Assembly (NCBI RefSeq): GCF_002933855.1 | Contig: NZ_BFAQ01000011.1 | Coordinates: forward strand, 29,442-61,441 | Length of the DNA stretch: 32,000 nucleotides | Direction of reading: 5' to 3' | Origin: Vibrio penaeicida | GTDB lineage: Bacteria > Pseudomonadota > Gammaproteobacteria > Enterobacterales > Vibrionaceae | Shown here: positions 18,058 to 25,396 of the stretch, in pieces | Position numbering within the stretch: position 1 is the stretch's first letter | How the letters are laid out: every line of letters begins with the position of its first letter | Translations under genes and position numbers: made by a program | The notes under the pieces: model-generated | What the model was told of the DNA's origin: nothing | The model's database searches: none | The model's input: the letters and a program-made list of their open reading frames with translations, nothing else

Positions 18058-19083
18058 TTAAAACCTCACGCCTAACGTTAGATCGAACGCAGGGTTGCCG
18101 CCCCATGTGCCGTTTTCAAAGGTGTCTTTGCTGATGTACATCAAACCGAGATCGACAAAAATATCCCCTTGAGTAAAGAAGGCATTTCGTGGTGGTGACA
18201 ATTCTAGCCCTGCACGTACGGCGATTTTTTGTTTGTTCTCAACAAACTGAAAGCCCGAACCCGCGTAAACAGATAACCAGTCATCGGTAATCGCATACAG
18301 TGCTCTAGCTTCTGCTCCAAAGCCTTGAATCGAAAAATTTGTACTGCCGTCAAAGTTGCGAAAATAGTTGCCGATAAAGGCAAAGTGAGCGCGTTCTGAT
18401 GGGGTGTGCCCGCTGTAGTAGCGTATAGAAAGGTCCGTTACATTTTGTATGTCTTCGCCATCAGTTGAGGTACCATTGATACCAATGTAACCAAGAGCGA
18501 CTCCGACTCCGCTCTCCTTTACATTCTTCTTTGCGAGCACATCCGGATCCTCCTTTATGTCGAAGTTTCCCGTCCATACCACTTCGTTATTTTGAGTGCT
18601 AACTAGTGACATAGTGATGTTGTGAGTATTGTCGCTAAGAGGCGAACGCCAGGTTAGGAAGGCGTCGACACGTATTTTCTTTCCGAGCTTACGCAGTTCA
18701 TCATTACTTGAAAGCCCATGCTTAAACTTTACGTTGGAGGCAGAGAGGTTGACTTGTGTTTTTCCACATTCGATACAGCTGCGTACTTTGATCCCATTGT
18801 TTTTCATTTTGGCAGTTAGGATCGATGTCAGCTTGAGCAGCTCGGTTTTTTCTTCATCCGTTACGGCTTTACCCTCGAAATACAAGGCGACACTTTGGAT
18901 CTTAGCTAAAGACTTGTTGTCTAAAATGTCGAACCAAAGATCATCGTGTTCTAAGAATTCTTCAACTGTTTGTGCTTCATTATCTTTTGCGGAGAAAAGT
19001 GCATTTAAAGGTTTGGAAAAAACAATCGAAGAGTAAGAAATTAAAAGGGTGCTAATGGTTAGAGTCGTGACTTTTTTCCACAT
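18058..19083 (-). CDS. Outer-membrane protein with N-terminal CsgG/FlgO/TolB-N-like domain and C-terminal beta-barrel-like region
   Basis: 341 aa; signal peptide; SVALYFEGKAVTDEEKTELLKLTSILTAKMKNNGIKVRS...LGKKIRVDAFLTWRSPLSDNTHNITMSLVSTQNNEVVWTGNF; C-terminal alternating beta-strand region ending in aromatic LTLGVRF. Confidence 0.65.
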   Translation of the reverse strand: MWKKVTTLTISTLLISYSSIVFSKPLNALFSAKDNEAQTVEEFLEHDDLWFDILDNKSLAKIQSVALYFEGKAVTDEEKTELLKLTSILTAKMKNNGIKVRSCIECGKTQVNLSASNVKFKHGLSSNDELRKLGKKIRVDAFLTWRSPLSDNTHNITMSLVSTQNNEVVWTGNFDIKEDPDVLAKKNVKESGVGVALGYIGINGTSTDGEDIQNVTDLSIRYYSGHTPSERAHFAFIGNYFRNFDGSTNFSIQGFGAEARALYAITDDWLSVYAGSGFQFVENKQKIAVRAGLELSPPRNAFFTQGDIFVDLGLMYISKDTFENGTWGGNPAFDLTLGVRF

Positions 19084-19096
19084 AATGAAACTCCAT

Positions 19097-19140
19097 TCAG
19101 ATCGAGGCTAGGGAAAAGACCTCGAACTGATAGGCTAGGG
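19097..19140. promoter_or_regulatory. Inverted repeat plus direct repeat in the 5' leader of the candidate operon
   Basis: tcagatcgagg (19097-19107) / cctcgaactga (19120-19130), 10/11 complementary; direct repeat aggctaggg at 19105-19113 and 19132-19140. Confidence 0.5.
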
Positions 19141-19347
19141 GACTCACTCTATTTGAATCGCCTTGCACACATGATCCCGAGGGCTGGGTATGAAGAGTAT
19201 TTTGTTAACCCTTTGGATTTCTTGCAATAAACCATTGATCTGATGATTAAACGCATGGCGTGCTTTGTTTAGATAGGGGTATGTAGCTTGAAGTGATTTT
19301 CCGCCGTTTTGAGTGATCTTTGTATATGTAGAAATGGTAGGTGTAGA

Positions 19348-20571
19348 TTAGCGAGCAACGAGGCGGTTTCGACCTTCTTCTTTTGCTTGATACAACAGAT
19401 CGTCAGCATCCCGAATAATTTCTTCTAGGTTTTGCTCTTCATTGCCAGAGCTAACACCAATACTCACTGTGAGATGAATTTGTAAATCTTCGTATTGAAC
19501 AGCCGTTTTCTCTATTCGTTGGCGCATCTTGTCTAGGCGACTTTGGAATTCTTGATAATCCCCACAGTGTTGAATACAGAACTCTTCACCACCAAATCTC
19601 ACCGCAATTTCATTTTTGAAGTAGATGGATATAATTTGCGCCACAGTAACCAGTGCTCTGTCGCCGCCATCATGACCATAGGTATCATTCACTTTCTTAA
19701 AGAAGTCGATATCAATCATGGCGATATTGCGATTGTCACAACATTTATTGTTGTTCTCACCGAACAAGTAGCGACGATTCCAAAGACCAGTTAACGCATC
19801 TTGGTTAGCGATGCGATAAAGCTCGTCGGTGGCGTCTTTCATATCCAGAATGTGTTGAACTCGACAATAGAATTCTTCTTGGTTGAAAGGCTTATAAAGG
19901 AAATCGTTAGCACCAGCTTTTAGAAATCGCGCCGTCATCGTGCGGTCGTTATTGCCAGACAGGCCCAGAATAGCCAAATGATTTCGATCATACTGATTTC
20001 TAATTTCTCTGGTCATAGTAATGCCGTCTTTATTCGGCATGTCATGATCGGTAATTATCATAGTGATGTCTGGGTTTTCCGCTAAAATATCAATAGCTTG
20101 CTGCCCATCATTTGCTTGCAAGGTATCAATGTACTGATGCTCAAGGAGATACACTACATGGTTTCTAACGGTAATTGAGTCATCGACAACCAATGCTTTG
20201 TGTGTATGGTTCGCCATCAATCGCTTTAGAAGTGGGATCAAATAGGATACAGAAGCGCTACTGTCTTTGGTGATGTAATCGAGTACACCTTTAGCAATAA
20301 CATGTTCACGGACGTTTTCATTAAACTGAGCGGTGAGAACAATCGCACGAACTTTATGCGATAAAACGAGATCGATAATTTCCCCGTCTGGACCGTCGGG
20401 TAAGCAATAATCCAATACAGCGCATAGAAAGTTAGTATCTTGTCTTATTATGTTATTTGCCGCTTCTAACGACTCCGCTAAGACAACTTCAAAACCAATT
20501 TGCTTAAGCTGCGAGTTAAGGTAATTACGAAAGGCTCGACTATCCTCGACAACCAAAATCCGATTTAGCAC
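19348..20571 (-). CDS. Two-receiver-domain GGDEF response regulator (putative diguanylate cyclase)
   Basis: 407 aa; two REC domains (ILVVEDS...VLDYCLPDG; ALVVDDS...IITDHDMPNKDG) and GGDEF domain with RFGGEEF. Confidence 0.93.
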   Translation of the reverse strand: MLNRILVVEDSRAFRNYLNSQLKQIGFEVVLAESLEAANNIIRQDTNFLCAVLDYCLPDGPDGEIIDLVLSHKVRAIVLTAQFNENVREHVIAKGVLDYITKDSSASVSYLIPLLKRLMANHTHKALVVDDSITVRNHVVYLLEHQYIDTLQANDGQQAIDILAENPDITMIITDHDMPNKDGITMTREIRNQYDRNHLAILGLSGNNDRTMTARFLKAGANDFLYKPFNQEEFYCRVQHILDMKDATDELYRIANQDALTGLWNRRYLFGENNNKCCDNRNIAMIDIDFFKKVNDTYGHDGGDRALVTVAQIISIYFKNEIAVRFGGEEFCIQHCGDYQEFQSRLDKMRQRIEKTAVQYEDLQIHLTVSIGVSSGNEEQNLEEIIRDADDLLYQAKEEGRNRLVAR

Positions 20572-20774
20572 CAGAGCTCCAAATTCTTCTTATTCTTTAA
20601 TTGACCTGTTTGTTAAGTCTAATCACAAAAGTGAGTACTGCCACAAAAAAACAGGTTTTTTCCATGGTCGTAAAAAGGATGAGACAGAATACGCAGTTGT
20701 TGAGCTTTTTGAACTGCCAAAATTTGTCAGGAGAGTTTGGTAAATGCTGTGCAATGCTTCAGACTTTTATTATA

Positions 20775-20790
20775 CTGATTTTTTATACAG
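20775..20790 (+). promoter_or_regulatory. Putative LexA/SOS box upstream of dinB
   Basis: ctgattttttatacag matches the CTG-N10-CAG LexA consensus, 24 bp upstream of the dinB ATG. Confidence 0.8.
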
Positions 20791-20814
20791 TATCTGTGTG
20801 AGAGCATTTAGGTA

Positions 20815-21882
20815 ATGGCAAATGATGCGATGAAGAAAATAATTCATGTGGATATGGATTGTTTTTATGCCGCAGTGGAAATGCGCGATAACCCCGCCTA
20901 TAGAGGGCGACCTCTTGCCGTTGGAGGAAGTGAAAAGCAACGCGGTGTTCTGAGTACGTGTAATTATGAAGCGCGTCGATTTGGTATTCGATCAGCAATG
21001 CCAACAGGGCAAGCTTTGAAACTCTGTCCCAATTTGCTGGTGGTGCCGGGGCGGATGCAAGTTTACGTTGATACCTCACGAAAAATACGCGAAATTTTTG
21101 AACGGTATACTTCGGTCATTGAACCTCTGTCCCTTGATGAAGCCTATCTGGATGTTACTGAAACTCAAGTTCTTCATGGCAGTGCCACTTTGATAGCGGA
21201 GGCGATCCGTTATGACATTTGGAATGAATTAAAATTGACAGCTTCGGCGGGCGTTGCTCCTATCAAATTCCTAGCGAAAGTCGCATCCGACATTAATAAA
21301 CCGAATGGCTTGTGCGTGATCCCACCAGACAAGGTTCAGGAAACGATTGATTCGCTTACACTTGATAAAATCCCTGGTGTGGGAAAAGTGTCCTTAGAAA
21401 AGCTGAATACTGCGGGTTTTTTTACTTGTCGAGATATTCGCAAATCGGATTATCGTTCACTGCTGACCCAATTTGGTCGCCAAGGTGAGTCGTTATGGAA
21501 GCGCAGCCAAGGTATTGATAATCGAGAAGTTGTTACTGAGCGCGAGCGAAAATCGGTTGGTGTAGAACGCACTTTTTCCCAAAATATTCGCACGTTTGAT
21601 GAATGTTGGAAGGTGATTGCAGACAAGCTCTTCCCTGAGTTAGAACATCGTTTAGTGAAAGCATCACCAGAAAAGGCGATCATTAAACAGGGTATAAAAA
21701 TGAAATTTGCGGATTTTCAGCAAACCACGATAGAGCATATTCATGGTGAATTAGAGCTAGAAGATTTTCGAGGTTTATTAGAAAAGGTACTGCAACGTCA
21801 GAAAGGAAGAGAGATTCGTTTGCTCGGGCTGAACGTGATGCTCAAACCCGAACAAGAAGCGAGACAGCTCAGTTTTTTCTGA
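20815..21882 (+). CDS. dinB: DNA polymerase IV
   Basis: 355 aa Y-family polymerase; IIHVDMDCFYAAVEMRDNPAYRGRPLAVGG and SLDEAYLDVT. Confidence 0.97.
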   Translation: MANDAMKKIIHVDMDCFYAAVEMRDNPAYRGRPLAVGGSEKQRGVLSTCNYEARRFGIRSAMPTGQALKLCPNLLVVPGRMQVYVDTSRKIREIFERYTSVIEPLSLDEAYLDVTETQVLHGSATLIAEAIRYDIWNELKLTASAGVAPIKFLAKVASDINKPNGLCVIPPDKVQETIDSLTLDKIPGVGKVSLEKLNTAGFFTCRDIRKSDYRSLLTQFGRQGESLWKRSQGIDNREVVTERERKSVGVERTFSQNIRTFDECWKVIADKLFPELEHRLVKASPEKAIIKQGIKMKFADFQQTTIEHIHGELELEDFRGLLEKVLQRQKGREIRLLGLNVMLKPEQEARQLSFF

Positions 21883-21886
21883 AAAC

Positions 21887-23827
21887 TTAAATGGCTGCCA
21901 CTAACTCAAGAACTTCACTAAACGGAGTGCTTTCCAGCCGACCAAACCCTTCCATTTGCCTAGCTTTAAGTCGAGTCGATTCTGGTGTGGTGATCCCGCA
22001 TAAGAAGCGCGCCAGAGCTTTTGGTGTTGCCTTATCTTTCAATGCATTTTGGTAAGGTGCAATCCAATGCGGGATATTATCTCGTTCATATTCAGCCGAA
22101 TTTGAAGATGGCAATGTGGCAACATGCCCGTCGCAAACCGAGCAATGTTGGCAGTTTGAAGGGGCATTTTCATCTGCAAAGTAACGAGCTAGTTGATGGC
22201 TTAAGCATCTATCATCCTCAAAGAATGCCACCATCTCCCTAATTCTATTGATTTCGCTGGCTTCTTTTTGTTCGAACAATAGATGCATTTGCTCAGCTAA
22301 TTCGTGGGGCGATTTCTGAGTGTCCAGTATACGGTAAACGTCGGTGGCTTGTTTGCTTTCTAACTCTATCCAGCCGTTTTCATGAAAGTAGTCCAATGCA
22401 GAAACCACTCGGCTTCGCTCTGCTGAGTAGCCTTGCCATAAAGCATCAAAATCCAAGGTGTGCCAAGTCTTGGCTTTGGGAGAGCATTGGAAAATCGCTT
22501 CCACAAACTGTTTTCTTTCCCCTTGAAATCGCTGGAAAATCGCGTGTAGATCGACATTTAACTTAAATCGGTAATCAGCGAAATAGGTAAACCTTGGTTC
22601 AATGACGTTTTGCAGTTCAAGATAAACCAGTAAGGTCTTCAAAGGAAGTTGACGAATGTTGACCTCTTTTGAAAGCCTATTAAGCATAATGCTCCACTCG
22701 TCTGAGTGTTCGTATATCTGCTCAATGACCATTTGAATGGAATGAGCGTCGGGTGTGTCGCCGTATACAAAGTTCTCTAATACTGTTAACCCCGACTTGT
22801 CGCCAAGCAAAATACACTGGGAGCTTTGCCCGTCTCGACCCGCTCGACCAATTTCTTGGGAGTAGTTTTCGATAGACTTTGGCAAATCAAAATGAATAAC
22901 GCGGCGAATGTCGGCTTTATCCACTCCCATTCCAAAGGCTATGGTGGCGACTATGCAAGGAACATGACCTTGCATAAATGCATGTTGTATGCGCTCGCGA
23001 TCTTCGCTTTTTAAACCCGCATGGTAAGCCTGAACTTGTACCCCGTGATTACGAAGGAACCCGGCAACTTGTTCAGCCGTTTGCTGCAAAGTGACATAAA
23101 CAATGGTGGGCTCTGAAGGGGACTCATTGATAATTTTTGCCAACTTTTCCAACCGATCTTCGGCAAGACAAGTTTGAATATTTAAATGCAAGTTAGAACG
23201 ATAAAATCCCGTAACGGTGATGTGTTCCGGCTGAATGGCAAATTTACTCTGCATGTCTGAGATGACTTGCGGTGTGGCCGTAGCGGTTAACAGTAGCACT
23301 TGTGGAATATTCAAAGCTTGTTGGTATTGAGGCAGCTTTAGGTAGTCAGGGCGAAAGTTGTGTCCCCATTCAGAGATACAGTGCGCTTCATCCACGACCA
23401 TCATAGAGATTGGAACTTGTGAAATGAATTGGCGAAAGCGCTCGTTTTTCAACCTTTCAACTGAAATCATCAGTATTTTTGTTGTCCCATTTCGAACAGA
23501 CTGCATGATGCGTTGAGTGGTTTCTCTGTCTTGGGTTGAATCGATGGACTCGGCTTCAATGCCTTTACTTTTTAAAAATTGAAGTTGATCCTTTATTAAT
23601 GCCAATAGCGGTGAGATCACCAAAGTTAAGTGGGGAAGGTGTAAGGCGGGCAGCTGGTAGCAAAGGGATTTACCTGAACCAGTCGGAAAAATTGCCGCAC
23701 TAGAATGACCTTGCAGCACGTGATTCACTACGTCATTCTGACCTTTTCTTAGCTCGTTAAAGCCGAATACGTGCTGCAAACTTTGGCGAATAGCCTGATT
23801 GACCATGTAAAACCTTCCCCTTTCCAT
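21887..23827 (-). CDS. RecQ family ATP-dependent DNA helicase
   Basis: 646 aa; Walker A FPTGSGKSLCYQ, DEAHCISEWGHNFRPDY, RAGRDGQ, Zn-ligand region NCQHCSVCDGH. The downstream in-frame Met (MVNQAI) is the more likely start. Confidence 0.9.
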   Translation of the reverse strand: MERGRFYMVNQAIRQSLQHVFGFNELRKGQNDVVNHVLQGHSSAAIFPTGSGKSLCYQLPALHLPHLTLVISPLLALIKDQLQFLKSKGIEAESIDSTQDRETTQRIMQSVRNGTTKILMISVERLKNERFRQFISQVPISMMVVDEAHCISEWGHNFRPDYLKLPQYQQALNIPQVLLLTATATPQVISDMQSKFAIQPEHITVTGFYRSNLHLNIQTCLAEDRLEKLAKIINESPSEPTIVYVTLQQTAEQVAGFLRNHGVQVQAYHAGLKSEDRERIQHAFMQGHVPCIVATIAFGMGVDKADIRRVIHFDLPKSIENYSQEIGRAGRDGQSSQCILLGDKSGLTVLENFVYGDTPDAHSIQMVIEQIYEHSDEWSIMLNRLSKEVNIRQLPLKTLLVYLELQNVIEPRFTYFADYRFKLNVDLHAIFQRFQGERKQFVEAIFQCSPKAKTWHTLDFDALWQGYSAERSRVVSALDYFHENGWIELESKQATDVYRILDTQKSPHELAEQMHLLFEQKEASEINRIREMVAFFEDDRCLSHQLARYFADENAPSNCQHCSVCDGHVATLPSSNSAEYERDNIPHWIAPYQNALKDKATPKALARFLCGITTPESTRLKARQMEGFGRLESTPFSEVLELVAAI

Positions 23828-23840
23828 ATCAATCCGGCTA

Positions 23841-23970
23841 TTCTAACAGGTCCTAAAGTTCTAACAGACTTTAAAGTTCTAACAGCCTCTAGTTTCTAAA
23901 AGATCTAAGTTGCTGACAGGCCTAAGCTTGTAGCAGGTCTAGGTTTCTAACAGATCCATGATTCTAATGG
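23841..23970. repeat. Degenerate tandem array of about eight 16-18-bp units in the divergent intergenic region
   Basis: Units: ttctaacaggtcctaaag, ttctaacagactttaaag, ttctaacagcctctagt, ttctaaaagatctaag, ttgctgacaggcctaagc, ttgtagcaggtctaggt, ttctaacagatccatga, ttctaatgg. Confidence 0.8.
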
Positions 23971-23993
23971 TTTTAAGTTTGGTGCATAAAAAT

Positions 23994-24476
23994 ATGAATA
24001 AGTCTGAGGTTCGGCAGGTATTTCTTGATGAATTACACCGCATACATAAAACAGCGTTAAATGCCGCTCAAACAGCTATTGAATCCGCGACAGATGAAGA
24101 GACAGTACCAGAACATAAATACGATACGTTGGCATTAGAAGCGGCGTATCTTGCTCATGGCCAAGCACAGCGAGTCGCTGAGTGTGAAGAGAACATTCGG
24201 CTTTATTCTGAGTTAGTGCTTCGAGAATTTAATGAAGACACACCGATTGCTGTATCTGCTTTGGTAAAGCTTGACGATCTTAATGGAAATGAGAGCTGGT
24301 ATTTCATCGCCCCCACGGCTGGTGGAACGACTGTCGAATTTAATGGTGAGCCGATAGCAAGTGTGACATTAAAGGCACCTTTAGGGCAGCAGCTGAAAGG
24401 AAAGTATCTGGGCGACGAAATACAATTGTTGGCTGGAAATCTACAGACCAACTTTGAAGTCGTTGAGCTGTTATAA
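23994..24476 (+). CDS. GreA/GreB family elongation factor-like protein
   Basis: ORF 23958..24476; likely start MNKSEVRQ at 23994. N-terminal coiled-coil-like region, C-terminal YFIAPTAGGTTVEFNGEPIASVTLKAPLGQQLKGKYLGDEIQLLAG resembles the Gre C-terminal domain. Confidence 0.75.
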   Translation: MNKSEVRQVFLDELHRIHKTALNAAQTAIESATDEETVPEHKYDTLALEAAYLAHGQAQRVAECEENIRLYSELVLREFNEDTPIAVSALVKLDDLNGNESWYFIAPTAGGTTVEFNGEPIASVTLKAPLGQQLKGKYLGDEIQLLAGNLQTNFEVVELL

Positions 24477-24556
24477 CAAATTACTGACAATTCACCCATT
24501 AACTTTGTTAGCTTGATTATTCTGTTAGCGAAAATTGAACATGGGTCTATTTTGAG

Positions 24557-25309
24557 GTGACTATGTATATCAAATGGATAGGGTTAGCACTGCTAACAAT
24601 AAGTACTTACTCTCATGCTTCGCAATGTAAGGTCGATGTCGAAAATGAAGTCCATTTAGATGGAAATCGAGTAGAGGTTTACCAGAAAGGGGAAGCAAAG
24701 GTTCTAATAGATAAAGACAATAATGTCTTTATTAATGGTGAGAAGTTAGCGCTCGATGAATGGCAGCATCAGGCTGTAGACTCGTACCGTGAAAAAATGA
24801 ACGAATATGTGCCAAGAGCCAAAGACATTGCTAATAACGGCGCTGATCTCGCAAAGGACATTGTTGATGATGTCAGCGCCAGTTTTAACGACAGTCAAGC
24901 GTTCAATAATGTGAAATCTGCCATCGATGATTTTTACACTGATCTCGAATCTCGCTACTACCAAGACGGGGAATTTGTTCTTAAGGAAAATGCGTTTGGT
25001 GATGCCTTCAGTAATTGGAAGAATGACTTTGATGGTGCGATGGAAAAGTTTAATGGGGAGTTTTTCTCCAGCGCGTTTTCTGCTTTGTCTGAAAAAATGA
25101 AGACGGAAGGCGGTATTAATTTTACTGAATTGCAAAAGCAGTTGGGTTCACTAAAAGATACGCTGAAAGAAAAGATTGAAGGGCAGTCGGAGGAGATTCG
25201 CAAAGAAGCTCAGCAATACTGTGAACAGCTAAAAGATGTGGCGGGTGAAGAACAAAAACTGCATGAGAAAATACCAGCTCTAAAAGACTACCCAGTATTC
25301 TTAATCTAA
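24557..25309 (+). CDS. DUF2884 / YggN-like secreted protein
   Basis: 250 aa; signal peptide; ASQCKVDVENEVHLDGNRVEVYQKGEAKVLIDKDNNVFINGEKLALDEWQ resembles the YggN family. Confidence 0.75.
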   Translation: MTMYIKWIGLALLTISTYSHASQCKVDVENEVHLDGNRVEVYQKGEAKVLIDKDNNVFINGEKLALDEWQHQAVDSYREKMNEYVPRAKDIANNGADLAKDIVDDVSASFNDSQAFNNVKSAIDDFYTDLESRYYQDGEFVLKENAFGDAFSNWKNDFDGAMEKFNGEFFSSAFSALSEKMKTEGGINFTELQKQLGSLKDTLKEKIEGQSEEIRKEAQQYCEQLKDVAGEEQKLHEKIPALKDYPVFLI

Positions 25310-25336
25310 TACTTTCAATACTACAAAACAGACAAC

Positions 25337-25366
25337 AAAGGGGAGCGAATAGCTCCCCTTTCTCTA
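25337..25366. terminator. Bidirectional terminator between convergent yggN-like and chitinase genes
   Basis: aaaggggagc-gaata-gctccccttt stem flanked by T/A-rich sequence. Confidence 0.85.
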
Positions 25367-25396
25367 TTTAGTTACCTGTGTTGATTCAGTAAATCG

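Noticed and set aside
9725-19083. Ordinary lateral or polar flagellar gene cluster
   Set aside because: No rod, hook, filament, FliM/N, export or chaperone genes, and FliF/FliG-like regions are in a single ORF with added AsmA, TPR and OM-barrel genes.
20601-20801. 66-aa ORF upstream of dinB
   Set aside because: Overlaps the LexA box and dinB promoter region, composition not protein-like; probably spurious.
23841-23970. CRISPR array
   Set aside because: Units are 16-18 bp, directly adjacent, degenerate and have no spacers; no cas genes in the window.
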